Assembly (NCBI GenBank): GCA_964016885.1
Contig: OZ024741.1
Span: 42,036,001 to 42,100,000, forward strand
Reading direction: 5' to 3'
DNA: 64,000 nt
Origin: Eledone cirrhosa
Lineage: Eukaryota
Part shown: piece by piece, positions 34,620 through 49,539 of the stretch
Numbering within the stretch: the stretch's first letter is position 1
Layout of the letters: each line of letters begins with the position of its first letter
Notes under the pieces: model-generated
Told to the model about the DNA's origin: nothing
The model's database searches: none
Seen by the model: the letters and a program-made list of their open reading frames with translations, nothing else
Position numbers and translations under genes: made by a program

Positions 34620-37600
34620 GTGTTACAGGGCAGTGACAGTGGAGTGACACAATTGTATGTGGACTGATACAAGACTGTGACCCTGGAGTGACACAACTGT
34701 AGATAGTAGAGTGTTATAGGACTGTGACATGGGAGTGACACAACTGTATGTGGAGTGATATAGGACTGTGACACTGGAGTGACACAACTGTATGTGGAGT
34801 GTTACAGGACTGTGACTTTGGAGTGACACAACTGTATGTAGAGTGATATAGGACTGTGACATGGGAGTGACACAACTGTATGTGGAGTGTTACAGGACTG
34901 TGACACTGGAGTGACACAACTGTATGTGGAGTGATATAGGACTGTGACATGGGAGTGACACAACTGTATGTGGAGTGTTACAGGACTGTGACACTGGAGT
35001 GAGACAACTGAATATGGAATTAGATAGGACTCTGACACTGGAGTGACACAACTGTATGTGGAGTGTTACAGGACTGTGATACTGGAGCGACACAACTGTA
35101 TGTGGAGTGTTACAGGACTGTGGCCCTGGAGTGACACAACTGTATGTGGAGTGTTACAGGACTGTGACACTGGAGTAACACAACTGTATGTGGAGTGTTA
35201 CAGGACTGTGACACTGGAGTGACACAACTGTATGTGGAGTGATATAGGACTGTGACTCTGGAGTGACATAACTGTATGTGGAGTGTTACAGGACTGTTAC
35301 ACTGGAGTGACACAACTGTATGTGGAGTGTTATAGGACTGTGACTCTGGAATGACACAACTGTATGTGGAGTGTTATAGGACTGTGACACTGGAGTGACA
35401 CAACTGTATATGGAGTGATATAGGACTGTGACTCTGGAGTGACACAACTGTATGTGGAGTGTTACAGGACTGTGATACTGGAGTAACACAACTGTATGTG
35501 GAGTGTTACAGGACTGTGACACTGGAGTGACACAACTGTATGTGGAGTGATATAGGACTGTGACACTGGAGTGACACAACTGTATGTGGAGTGTTACAGG
35601 ACTGTGACACTGGAGGACACAACTGTATATGGAGTGATATAGGACTGTGACACTGGAGTGACACAACTGTATATGGAGTGAGATAGGACTGTGACACTGG
35701 AGTGACACAACTGTATATGGAGTAAGATAGGACTGTGACACTGGAGTGACACAACTGTATGTGGAGTGTTACAGGACTGTGGCCCTGGAGTGACACAACT
35801 GTATGTGGATTGTTATAGGACTGTGACACTGGAGTGACACAACTGTATGTGGAGTGTTATAGGACTGTGACACTGGAGTGACACAACTGTATATGGAGTG
35901 AGATAGGACTGTGACACTGGAGTGACACAACTGTATGTGGAGTGTTACAGGACTGTGACACTGGAGTGACACAACTGTATATGGAGTGTTACAGGACCGT
36001 GATTCTGGAATGACACAACTGTATGTGGAGTGTTATAGAACTGTGACACTGGAGTGACACAACTGTATGTGGAGTGTTACAGGACCGTGACTCTGGAATG
36101 ATGACACAACTGTATGTGGAGTGTTATAGGACTGTGACACTGGAGTGACACAGCTGTATGTGGAGTGTTACAGGAGTGTGACTCTGGAGTGACACAACTG
36201 TATGTGGAGTGTTACAGGACTGTGACACTGGAGTGACACAACTGTATGTGGGGTGTTACAGGACTGTGACTCTGGAATGACACAACTGTATGTTGAGTGT
36301 TATAGGACTGTGACACTGGAGTGAGACAACTGTATTCTGGAGTGTTACAGGACTGTGACACTGGAGTGACACAACTGTATGTGGAGTGTTATAGGACTGT
36401 GACTCTGGAGTGACACAACTGTATGTGGAGTGTTACAGGACTGTGACACTGGAGTGAGACAACTGAATATGGAATTAGATAGGACTCTGACACTGGAGTG
36501 ACACAACTGTATGTGGAGTGTTACAGGACTGTGACTCTGGAGTAACACAACTGTATGTGGAGTGTTATAGGACTGTGACACTGGAGTGACACAACTGTAT
36601 ATGGAGTGATATAGGACTGTGACTCTGGAGTGACACAACTGTATGTGGAGTGTTACAGGACTGTGATACTGGAGTAACACAACTGTATGTGGAGTGTTAC
36701 AGGACTGTGACACTGGAGTGACACAACTGTATGTGGAGTGTTACAGGACTGTGACACTGGAGTGACACAACTGTATGTGGAGTGTTACAGGACTGTGACA
36801 CTGGAGTGACACAACTGTATGTGGAGTGTTACAACTGTGACATTGGAGGACACAACTGTATATGGAGTGATATAGGACTGTGACACTGGAGTGACACAAC
36901 TGTATATGGAGTGAGATAGGACTGTGACACTGGAGTGACACAACTGTATGTGGAGTGTTATAGGACTGTGACTCTGGAATGACACAACTGTATGTGGAGT
37001 GTTATAGGACTGTGACACTGGAGTGACACAACTGTATATGGAGTGAGATAGGACTGTGACACTGGAGTAACACAACTGTATGTGGAGTGTTACAGGACTG
37101 TGACACTGGAGTGACACAACTGTATATGGAGTGTTACAGGACCGTGACTCTGGAATGACACAACTGTATGTGGAGTGTTATAGAACTGTGACACTGGAGT
37201 GACACAACTGTATGTGGAGTGTTACAGGACCGCGACTCTGGAATGACACAACTGTATGTGGAGTGTTATAGCACTGTGACACTGGAGTGACACAACTGTA
37301 TGTGGAGTGTTACAGGACTGTGACACTGGAGTGACACAACTTTATGTGGAGTGTTATAGGACTGTGACACTGGAGTGACATAACTGTATGTGGAGTGTTA
37401 CAGGACTGTGGCTCTGGAGTGACACAACTGTATGTGGAGTGTTACAGGACTGTGACACTGGAGTGACACAACTGTATGTGGGGTGTTACAGGACTGTGAC
37501 TCTGGAATGACACAACTGTATGTTGAGTGTTATAGGACTGTGACACTGGAGTGAGACAACTGTATTCTGGAGTGTTACAGGACTGTGACACTGGAGTGAC

Positions 37601-39670
37601 ACAACTGTATGTGGAGTGTTATAGGACTGTGACTCTGGAGTGACACAACTGTATGTGGAGTGTTACAGGACTGTGACACTGGAGTGAGACAACTGAATAT
37701 GGAATTAGATAGGACTCTGACACTGGAGTGACACAACTGTATGTGGAGTGTTACAGGACTGTGACTCTGGAGTAACACAACTGTATGTGGAGTGTTATAG
37801 GACTGTGACACTGGAGTGACACAACTGTATATGGAGTGATATAGGACTGTGACTCTGGAGTGACACAACTGTATGTGGAGTGTTACAGGACTGTGATACT
37901 GGAGTAACACAACTGTATGTGGAGTGTTACAGGACTGTGACACTGGAGTGACACAACTGTATGTGGAGTGTTACAGGACTGTGACACTGGAGTGACACAA
38001 CTGTATGTGGAGTGTTACAGGACTGTGACACTGGAGTGACACAACTGTATGTGGAGTGTTACAACTGTGACATTGGAGGACACAACTGTATATGGAGTGA
38101 TATAGGACTGTGACACTGGAGTGACACAACTGTATATGGAGTGAGATAGGACTGTGACACTGGAGTGACACAACTGTATGTGGAGTGTTATAGGACTGTG
38201 ACTCTGGAATGACACAACTGTATGTGGAGTGTTATAGGACTGTGACACTGGAGTGACACAACTGTATATGGAGTGAGATAGGACTGTGACACTGGAGTAA
38301 CACAACTGTATGTGGAGTGTTACAGGACTGTGACACTGGAGTGACACAACTGTATATGGAGTGTTACAGGACCGTGACTCTGGAATGACACAACTGTATG
38401 TGGAGTGTTATAGAACTGTGACACTGGAGTGACACAACTGTATGTGGAGTGTTACAGGACCGCGACTCTGGAATGACACAACTGTATGTGGAGTGTTATA
38501 TCACTGTGACACTGGAGTGACACAACTGTATGTGGAGTGTTACAGGACTGTGACACTGGAGTGACACAACTTTATGTGGAGTGTTATAGGACTGTGACAC
38601 TGGAGTGACATAACTGTATGTGGAGTGTTACAGGACTGTGGCTCTGGAGTGACACAACTGTATGTGGAGTGTTACAGGACTGTGACACTGGAGTGACACA
38701 ACTGTATGTGGAGTGTTATAGGACTGTGACACTGGAGTGACACAACTGTATGTGGAGTGTTACAGGACTGTGACACTGGAGTTACACAACTGTATGTGGA
38801 GTGTTACAGGACTGTGACACTGGAGTGACACAACTGTATGTGGAGTGTTACAGGACTGTGACACTGGAGTGACACAACTGTATGTGGAGTGTTACAGGAC
38901 CGTGACTCTGGAGTGACACAACTGTATTTGGAGTGTTACAGGACTGTGACACTGGAGTGACACAACTGTATGTGGAGTGTTACAGGACCATGACTCTGGA
39001 ATGACACAACTGTATGTGGAGTGTTATAGGACTGTGACACTGGAGTGACACAACTGTATGTGGAGTGTTACAGGACTGTGACACTGGAGTGACACAACTT
39101 TATGTGGAGTGTTATAGGACTGTGACACTGGAGTGACATAACTGTATGTGGAGTGTTACAGGACTGTGGCTCTGGAGTGACACAACTGTATGTGGAGTGT
39201 TACAGGACTGTGACACTGGAGTGACACAACTGTATGTGGAGTGTTATAGGACTGTGACACTGGAGTGACACAACTGTATGTGGAGTGTTACAGGACCGTG
39301 ACTCTGGAGTGACACAACTGTATGTGGAGTGTTACAGGACTGTGACACTGGAGTGACACAACTGTATGTGGAGTGTTACAGGACTGTGACACTGGACTGA
39401 CACAACTGTATGTGGAGTGTTACAGGACCGTGACTCTGGAGTGACACAACTGTATGTGGAGTGTTACAGGACTGTGACACTGGAGTGACACAACTGTATG
39501 TGGAGTGTTACAGGACCGTGACTCTGGAATGACACAACTGTATGTGGAGTGTTATAGGACTGTGACACTGGAGTGACACAACTGTATATGGAGTGTTACA
39601 GGACTGTGACTCTGGAGTGACACAACTGTATGTGGAGTGAGATAGGACTGTGACTCTGGAGTGACACAAC
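34620..39670. repeat. 44-bp satellite (ggagtgttacaggactgtgacactggagtgacacaactgtatgt), ~115 copies
   Basis: Directly visible; includes a 1230-bp higher-order duplication. Confidence 0.97.
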
Positions 39671-39681
39671 CTTAAAGCATC

Positions 39682-39779
39682 TAGTAGTAGTAGTAGTAGT
39701 AATAGTAGTAGTAGTAGTATTGGTAGTAGTTGTAGTAATAGTAGTAGTGGTAGTAGTTGTAGTAGTAGTTGTAGTAGTA

Positions 39780-39810
<31 letters not shown>

Positions 39811-39939
39811 AAGTAGTAGTAGTAGTAGTAGTTGTAAGTAGTAGTAGTAGTCATAGTAGTAGTTGTAGTAGTAGTAGTAGTAGTACTAGTAGTTGTAGTA
39901 GTAGTAGTAGAAGTAGTAGTAGTAGTAGTAGAAGTAGTT

Positions 39940-39976
<37 letters not shown>

Positions 39977-40460
39977 AAGTAGTAGTAGTAGTAGTAATAT
40001 TAGTTGTTGCTGATGCTGTTGTTATTGATATTATTGCTGTTACTCCTTTTGTTCTTACTGTTGTTGTTGCTGTTGTTGTTGCTGTTGTTATTGCTGTTGT
40101 TGCTGCGGTTGCTGCAGTAGCTGTTGTTGTTACTATTGCTGTTATTGTTGCTGTTGTTGTTGCTGTTGTTATTGCTGTTGTTGCTGCGGTTGCTGCAACA
40201 GCTGTTGTTGTTACTATTGCTGTTATTGTTGCTGTTGTTGTTGCTGTTGTTGCTCTGGTTGTTTTTGTTGGTGGTGATATATGAAATTGGCATCATAGAA
40301 GATAGGTGTCCAACAACAACAGCAACAACAGCAACACCAACAACACCAACAACACCAACAACAACAGCAACAACAGCAACACCAACAACACCAACAAAAC
40401 CAACAACAACAGCAACACCAACAATACCAACACCAACAACAACAACAACACCAACAACAG
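39682..40460. repeat. Compound (TAG)n/(TTG)n/(CAA)n microsatellite region
   Basis: Directly visible. Confidence 0.95.
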
Positions 40461-40658
40461 TCTTCTATGTGTAATATGAAGCAATACAATAAATATAAAA
40501 ATATATTGATGGCTGGTTCAAGTGAATTCTAACAGATTTACTCAACTAGAACAAATGTATGGTACGTTACGACATTTAGGGCTGCTTTCTGCTTTCTATT
40601 TTGTTTTGAATGGCTATATGTATATATATATATATATAAACACAAACACTCATTCTCC

Positions 40659-40740
<82 letters not shown>

Positions 40741-41922
40741 TCACTCCCCTATATATATATAAACAGAAGCACTTACTCCCCCATATATATATATATAAAC
40801 ACACACACTCCCTCCCCCATATATATATATAGCCGTTCATTTATTTACAGATCTAGCAAATGTATGTATGTATGTAAGGGCGGAAGAACTCATAAAAGTC
40901 AATGGCCATCCAAAAGTGTGTAAATATGTATAAGCACATGTACATATGTATGTATATGTGTATATACATGGGTGCATGTGTATGTATATGTGCGGGGCCA
41001 TAGAAATAGTTGGGCTGGACACCCGATCGCGCGGTTAAACCACTGGGAGTGAAGGACCCCTAGCCTTTGTCAGGGTATTCTTCTAAGAGAAGGCAACTCA
41101 GAAAACTGGGATAACTCTGATATAAAACCTGTGGCTCAGTAGTTACCGATGATGTTGATCTTTTCTTCTTTTCTGGTTATAGCTACTGTCGCTCAGAGAG
41201 TGGGATTGGCTCAGTGCACAGTCTTTCCTCACTTTAAAAAATATCTTCACACACAGGCATTGCAGCATAGAATTAATTAATAATTATTAATAATGGTATA
41301 TCGTGCAATTGGCATACTCGATAACGAGGGGGTAGCCATCATGTATGTATATATGTGAGTATGTATGTATATATGTATGTGAGTATGTTTGTATGTATTT
41401 ATGTACTTAGGTATGTACGTATCTATGTATGTATGCATGTATATGTGTGTGCATATATTTGGTATTTGTGTGTATTTATATATATATCATCATCACCATC
41501 ATAATTTTACGTCCGCTTTTCACTGCTTGCAAGGGTGGGACGGGAACTGATTCTGACTTGATTTCTACAGCTGGATGCCCTTCCTAACACCAACCTCATT
41601 TACAGTGAGTGCTGGGTGCTTTTTTGCCATGGCGCCTCCACGACCACTTTGCAGTGGTATGATAGGGACCCCAGTCCCTATCATCTCATTTCTACAGCTG
41701 AGTAAACTGGAGCAATGTGAAATAAAGTGTCTTACTCAAGGAAACAACACATCGCCCGGTCTGAGAATTGAACTCACAACCTTTCGATTGCAAGCCCAAT
41801 GCTCTAACCACTAAGCTATGTGCCTCCATTGTATATGTGTATTAATACAGACACATGTACAGATGTGTGTCAATTTGTTTGAAATCACACACACATACAC
41901 ACACACACACATACACATACAT

Positions 41923-41976
<54 letters not shown>

Positions 41977-42981
41977 CGTGTAGGTGTCACGACAAAAAAA
42001 CACACTGTCCACGCTGTAATGTGGCCGTGTAGGTAACACGGTAAAAACCTCCCAGTCCACGCTGTAAACGTGGTTGGTGTTAGGAAGGGCATCCAGCCGT
42101 AGAAAACCCGCCAGACAGTCCTATAGGAGCAGGACAACCAATCTTGCCTCAAGTGGGAAAACTCCCGTCCAAACCCATGCAAGCGTGGAAGATGGATGTT
42201 AAACGATGATGATATACACAATTATAAGCATTCAAACATATGACATATGCATATATGTATATATGTATGTGTACAAATAACTGTTTCTACTTTTGGCACA
42301 AGGCCAGCAATTACCCAGTGCATTACTGGTACTTTATTTTATCGACCCCCGTAAGGATGAAAGGCAAAGTTAACCTCGGCGGGATTTGAACTCAGAATGG
42401 CAAGAGGCGTAACTCTATGCGTCAAAGCATGTTGTCCGACCCTCTACTGATACTGCCATTCCACCACCTTGTGTGTGTACAAATAACAAGTCATATATAT
42501 GTTCATATGTATGTATTTGTATTTGTATGTGTATAGGGTCATCTATATATGCCCATGTATGCACACAAGGTAATTGGGCATTGTTTTGTGTGCATTTATA
42601 TGTGTGTATATGTATATATGTGTGTGTGCATTTATGAGTGTGCAGTTATATGAGTGTATATGTATATATGTGTGTATGTGTGTGTGTATATGTTTGTGTG
42701 TCTAGTTGTATAATTAAAAGGAATTAACCTAAAAGTTTATATCTAACAAGCAATCATTTAAATCCATTAAAATCTTTTTTTAATAGGAAGTTCTTTTAGT
42801 TTATTGTATCTAGACCTTTTTTCTTAATTACCTCCCTTGTAAGGAACATTTTCACCTACTTTAATCTAATGGATTATTAATTGTAAAAAAATGTTTATGG
42901 CAATATTATATACATGTATATATATACATGCTAGCGTGGAAAATGGACGTTAAACGAAGATGATGATGATGATGATGATGA

Positions 42982-43018
<37 letters not shown>

Positions 43019-43053
43019 CGTTCCTGGGACGTTTAGCCCTAGGAAGGGAAAAT

Positions 43054-43135
43054 GCTTCTCTGATGAGCTTTGGTTTTCCATCATAAATCCATCGGATTTA
43101 TGAGGTTTTACAAAGCGAAACTGATCAGTAAGGGC
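43054..43135 (+). ncRNA. Type I hammerhead ribozyme with palindromic stem III
   Basis: UUCU-CUGAUGA-[GCUUUG..UCAUAAAUCC/GGAUUUAUGA..CAAAGC]-GAAA-CUGAUCAG-UA^AGGG. Confidence 0.85.
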
Positions 43136-43294
43136 CACTAGAAGAGATAAATATTTATATTATATTTTTTAATGTATTTTGAAAAATTGATTGAATTTTA
43201 CTTGTTCTGCTTATCTTAATATATATAATGTATATATATATATATATAATGTATGGAATATACATTTATATATATATATATATATTGAGAGAGA

Positions 43295-43597
43295 GAGATT
43301 GAGCATAAGAGGAATCAAATGCTGCGTGCAGGTGAGGCGGTTGCATTGGTATGGACATGTGATACGTATGAAGGATGACAGCTGCATAAAAAGGTGCAGA
43401 GCACTAGTATTCGATGGAAACCACGGAGTGGGGAGACCCAAGAAGACCTGGGATGAGGTGATAAAAGCCGACCTTACCCAATTACACCTCTCAAAGTCGA
43501 TGACACACGACCGTATGAGCAAGGCATGGTCACAATAGGACAACCCATCTAACCCATGCTAGCGTAGAAGAACGGACATAAAACGGTGATGATGATG
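43295..43597 (+). mobile_element. RTE C-terminal fragment joined to the terminal tail
   Basis: RRLHWYGHV and GRPKKTWDEVI; most of the 3' UTR is deleted. Confidence 0.8.
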
Positions 43598-43649
<52 letters not shown>

Positions 43650-43653
<4 letters not shown>

Positions 43654-45828
43654 TCATCATCACCATCATGGTTTAACGTCCATCTTCCACGCTAGCATGG
43701 GTCGAGACGGGAACTGTCCCACTTGAGGCAAGATTAGTTGTCTTGCATGGGACTGTCTGGCGGGTTTTCTACGGCTGGATGCCCTTCCTAACACCAACCA
43801 TGTTTACAGTGTGGACTGGGAGGTTTTTACCGTGTTACCTACACGGCCACATTACAGCGTGGACTGTGTGTTTTTTTGTCCTGACACCTACACGACCTCA
43901 TTTATTTAGGACTGGATGTTGTGGTACCAACATAGCTTTACATTGAAAGGGGTGGTGTAGATGGTGGTGGGGGTAGGGGTAGTGGGACGGGGGTGTATTT
44001 TGGTTAAGAGGTGCCTATTGACTGAAGGTTTCACTTTGTACTTAGGCAAGGCGGTTCTTCTGTATTACTGTGTAGCGCCAAACATCTCGGCCCAGTGACA
44101 TTGTCTTGGAGAGGTGTAAGTGTGTGAGGTCGGAATTTATCAAGTCATCCCAGGTTTTTCTGGGTCTGCCTACTCCGTGGCTACCGTCTATTTTGATCGC
44201 CCTGCACTTTTTTATTCATCTGTCATCTTTCATGCGCATCACGTGACCATACCAACATAATCTTCTCTCGAGTAAACAGCATCTGATCCCTCTAATTCCT
44301 AATTTCTCACTTAGTTCATTTATGCTTTGCCGTTCGCGTATATTACTATTACACATCCAGCGGAGCATGCAAGCTTTGTTCATCTCCAGTCTGCGTATAT
44401 CCTCTGCACACAATGCCCAGGTCTCACTGCCATGCAACATTGCTGTTCGTATGCAGGCATCATACAGCCTGCCTTTCATTTTTAGAGGGAAAACCTTAGC
44501 GGCCAATAGTGGTATAAGCTCTCTGAACTTTTTCCATCCCATTCTGGCTCTAGCTACAGTACTTTCGGAGCACCCTCCACCACTGCTGATTTTGTCACTC
44601 AGGTAACGGAAGGTGTCCACTATTTCTATAGAACCATCTGTGCAATGGAATGAGTTAGTATTCTGTGGGCACTTGCTGTTACTTATTGCACCAGAGCACC
44701 GGCTACATATAAAATCTATATTCTTAGTTAGCTTACCTGTGATCCCACTACATCTTTTATGCAACCATCCTTCGCATTTGGGACATAAAATGGAGTTTCT
44801 CCTTTCCTACACACTGAGCATGGCCATTTTCCAGTTGGTACCAGTGCCCTCTTCTCCTTCCTACATATTAGAACTTTAGTCTTAGACAAGTTAATTTTAA
44901 GGTCTTTTGATTCTAGGCCATGCTTCCATGTTTGGAATTTCTTCTTTAGTTCAGCCATTGATTCGGCTATGAGCATTAGATCATCTGCGTATAGAAGTTC
45001 CCATGGGCAGCCGGTCTTGAACTCCTCCGTTATAGCTTGGAGGGCGATAATAAATAGTAGGGGGCTAAGGACAGAGCCCTGATGAACACCAACTTTTACG
45101 CTAAACTCTTCACTATATTCGTTGTTAACTCTAACCTTGCTGACTGTTTCTTTATACATGGCTTGTATAGCTCTCACAAGCCATTCATCAACACCTAGTT
45201 TTTTAAGAGTCTACCAGATAATGGAGCGGGGTACTCTGTCAAAGGCCTTTTCCATCTAGATCAATTCGTTCTCTGGTTAGTTGCGCTATTACTTTTCTGT
45301 GACCTTCATGACCTGGTCAATTAATTTAATGCCTCTATAGTTTCCCCTATCTAGGGCATCTCCTTTACCCTTGTAGCAGTTAATGATGATGCTGCTATGC
45401 TAGTCCTTTGGTATGACCCCATTCTGTATGACTTGGTTTACTATCCGGGTGACCATAGTGTGTCCCACCGTTCCAGATGCTTTCAGCATTTCAGCAACTA
45501 TTTCCGAAGGCCCGGGCACCTTACCTGTCTTCATATCTTTGATTGCCTTACTTACTATACTACCTTCAACTTGCACTGCTGGTCCCTCTATTGGATCGAT
45601 GTGGGGTAGACTGTCTTTCTCCCATTTATTCTTCTCATTTAGTAGGCTTTCGTAGTGACACTTCCAAGCTACCTTCTTATCAGCGTCAGTGATGGCAAGT
45701 ACACCATCATCATTACGGACACACTACTCCCCGACAATATCACGGTTTTCCTTGACACATTGCCTAGCAATCCTGAACACCACACGTTTCTGGTCCTCAT
45801 GTTGTAGAACATGCTTGAACTTTCTTTC
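43650..45828 (-). mobile_element. RTE LINE (family B), older frameshifted copy
   Basis: Colinear with 27115-29172, with deletions and frameshifts. Confidence 0.92.
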
Positions 45829-45863
45829 CTATATATATATATATATAAATATGTTTGTTTCTC

Positions 45864-45904
<41 letters not shown>

Positions 45905-46269
45905 ATAATAATAAATTTGAAGACTAAAATCCAAAGAGGCCTCGATAAGGATAAATATATATCAAATATATAAGAACCGTAGAGCAAATATTTATTAAAA
46001 TAACAGATTAAAGTTTAAGCAAAGAATCGCTGCTTTCACCCTTAACGGGATCTTTTGAAACTAACAAATTCAATCTGTGAACGCGGAAGTGAATATTTCA
46101 AAAAACGTTGCAACCGGAGGAAGACAGGAAGACAATACTTTGGTTCGTGAAACGTTCCCTGGCAAAGAACGGGAAAAAACAAATATAATACGTTATTATT
46201 TGGAGCGGTGAAAAACAATTACACGCAAAGACAAACCACGTTTATGGTATAAAAGAAGTCGACTTCTTA

Positions 46270-46715
46270 CTTCCCTGAAGCTCTGACGTCTGGCAACTAA
46301 CTTGGTAAACACCCACAAAATTATTAACCATCTTGCCAACAACAACCCTGAGTACCTTTTTGATTTCCATGTGTCTAACACACGTGGGCATGCCAACAAA
46401 GTCAGAAAACAGCACAGTTCCCATGACTTTTGGAAACATTTTTTCACGCTCAGAATTGCTGAAGCATGGAGCAAACTACCTGCATCGGTTGTTAGCTGTC
46501 GAGACACTGCATCCTTTAAGGCCTCCATGCTTCCTGAGATTCGTCAACACTACACCTGATATTCCCCCTCCATACACACGCACACATGTATATCATGACT
46601 CATACACTATTCACTTCCCTGACATTTGTATATTATTCTATGTACTATACATGCACCTTTGATGAGTTGTAGTGCACCTGAGCACTGTGCACAATAATTT
46701 CATTATTATCATTAT
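46270..46715 (+). mobile_element. 3' end of a CR1/L2-group LINE
   Basis: TRGHANK..FFTLRIAEAWSKLP..SFK C-terminal signature, then a 3' UTR ending in a hairpin and (ATT)n. Confidence 0.75.
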
Positions 46716-48439
46716 ATTAAATGTGACTTGGTCTATGAATCAGCAACTGGAGTGCCATTTAGGGTATAACCATAAAAAATTGAACTGAAAAGACTGCTGA
46801 ACCCTCATACATTGAAATAGGACACAAGACTTCATCACCATTAACACCACCACCACCACCACCACCATCATTTAACATCTTCTTTCCCTGCTAACAAGTG
46901 ATGGACTGGTCTACATAGACAAAGTAAGTACTAAAGTGGGGCTACTGACCTCCTAGACAGGTTGAGCAGGTCTACATTTTGCTTACATTTGGAGATACAT
47001 TTTATCAAGTGCAGAGGAGTGGCTGTCGTGTTTTTTACACAAACTGAAGGGTCCTTCAAAACCCCTTTTTTGGAAAGCTTTGTATGGCTTGAATGCCATT
47101 TATAACATGAACCACTTTACATCAATTGGATAAACCCAAATAAATAATAGATTGGAAATGCACGAAGCAGACTATAACAACTACATGAATGCATATTTTA
47201 GACATGTAGGCCAGTTAAGGAAGAACTCATCGATCATTCGTCTTGTTTTGAACTGTTTCAGCTCCACATTTGAAAAGAGGGTAATAGCCCTGAAATATCA
47301 TGTTGAAATATACTGGGTAAAACATTACTTTGTTTTGTTTTATTTGTCATCATTTGCCCTTTATATATTTCTACCACATTATACCAGCTTTTTGAAACTT
47401 ATCGGTCTTTTATTATACACACACACACAATCACACACACACATATATATATATTTATATATGTACATATATGCATATATACATACGTACATACATACAA
47501 ATATATACACCAATATACATGCATACGTACATATAATGATGAATTTTTATTAAACTTGGCATTAGAATCGACCCATGTCATAACAAACACTAAATTTCAG
47601 AAGAAGCCTGTGAAACAGAATATTAAATTCAGACATGTCTGGCATAAATCATAGATTGACTATATCGTGTTAACAAATGAGGAAGAACCCTAACAAAAAT
47701 GTAGTATCCTACACCAGTTATACCAGATCACTGCATCTTGTCAGATCATGGCATCTTGTCAGCACATGTCAAACTATACCACAGAAACTCCACACCTCAA
47801 AAAAACCACCATCCATACTGCATATGACTAGAATGCTGTAAGGGGTTTTACCCTATATGAACAATACTCTATATGTATTAATAAAGGGTTTACTGAGTCA
47901 AAGAGAACAACCAAAAGTTACCAGAACTTCTTACAGGCAAATGGTAAGACTGTCAAAAGGCTCATACCAACCAGAAAAATTGTGCATATTGATATGGGGT
48001 ATGAAAGCTGCTACAATAAAATGCAGGGAAAATGTGACAAATAACAAGCAACAGTAGAAAAAATAGGAATATGGTGTATCTATTCTAAAAAATGCAACAC
48101 ACACACACACACAATCATCATCATCATCATCACTATTGTTTTTATGCCAGCTTTTCCATGCTTGAATGGGTTGGATGAGTCTTTTTCAGCACAACATTAC
48201 TCCACTTACCACGTTCCTTCATCATCTCTTCTATGAGTCTCAGCAATCTGAGATCAGTACTCACCACCTCTGCCCAGGTCTTTCTTAGTCTACCTCTACT
48301 GTGGCTTCCCTCATCTGGGATTTCCTGGTACTTATTCCCCAGGATATGGTGTAGCTATTAAAAAAAATGCAATGCACAAAGCTACACATGCACACACAAA
48401 CACCCACACAAATGTATATATATATATATATAATATAAT

Positions 48440-49240
48440 ATAAACACACAAAGAAGTGTGGTTTGAATTACATGGGTTGAAAACCACTTTGGTGCAATGC
48501 ATATAATCTACGAAAAAATGGAAAATACATAACAACCGGAAAAAATGAATTAAATTATATGCATTGCACTAAAGTGGTTTTCAACCCATGTTTTTCAAAA
48601 CACACTTCTTTGTGTGTTTATTTCTAAATATTATATTATAAAGAGCTCAGTTTTTATACTTTGAGCTCAATAATTACAGGGTATTAATACAAGTTTTTTT
48701 AACTCCATCTTCCATTTGAATTCGGCTTCTAGTGATTTTTCTCATTGATTGTTGAGCCTTTGAAGTTGAGTGGCTTTAGGCTGTCCTTTCTAGCCGTTTT
48801 ATGATCCACTCATGCCACTATGTGCTCTCTGTTGCACATGGCTTCACTCTTACCATAACATGTGCAATATTTAGTTACCTAAATTATCTTTAGGTGTGCT
48901 GGTCATACAATCCTAACTCCTGTTGTGAAGCCCTAGGATTGTGTGACCCAGCCACACATGACGAAACAAACTCTATCTGTAGTTTGTCCAAGAGTATAAT
49001 AGTTATTGATATGGTTAGTACATTTTAATTCATTTTTCCATTTTTTTTGTAGATTTTTCCATTTTTTTTGTAGATTATATGCCTTGTAAAGTGGTTTTTC
49101 AACCCATGTAATTCAAAAAAACATTCTTTGTGTGTTAATTTCTATATATATTATATTATAAAGAGCCCAGTTTTTATACTTTGAGCTCATTAATTACAGG
49201 GTATTAACGCAAGGTTTTAACTTCGTTTTTCATTTGTATA
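48440..49240 (+). mobile_element. Penelope-like partial tandem (period ~517 bp) with an inverted left arm and an HHR 3' half at 48960-48995
   Basis: aaagtggttttcaacccatg block at 48571 and 49088, inverted at ~48470-48490; GAAA-CAAACU..AGUUUG-UC preceded by a long hairpin, but no CUGANGA. Confidence 0.6.
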
Positions 49241-49249
49241 AATATATAT

Positions 49250-49385
49250 AGGAAAATGCTTAACCCCGACGGCAAAGCTCTGCCGTCGGGGTTAAACACT
49301 TTCCTATTACCCACTCTACTACCCTAAGTATTGAGTACTCTGGTGTGTTATGGTCCATCTGGTTCCTTACCACACTTCCTTCGTT
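49250..49385 (+). mobile_element. Penelope-like family B terminus with fold-back centred in HHR stem III
   Basis: aaccccgacggca-aagctc-tgccgtcggggtt, followed by the family tail. Confidence 0.7.
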
Positions 49386-49402
49386 ATATATATATTTATA
49401 TA

Positions 49403-49449
<47 letters not shown>

Positions 49450-49539
49450 AGTATTTCTGTAGAAAAGGTAAAGGAAATAAAAGTGCTCTATGTATTGTAC
49501 AGCGCTATTTAATTACATAATAAACAACACAATATAATT

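Noticed and set aside
34620-39670. CRISPR-like array (regular hairpin-containing repeats)
   Set aside because: No unique spacers, no cas genes and a eukaryotic context; it is a satellite.
46025-46065. Possible minus-strand HHR (..CAAAAGA-UCCCG-UUAA-GGGU-GAAA..)
   Set aside because: Core and stems I and III are too degenerate to support.
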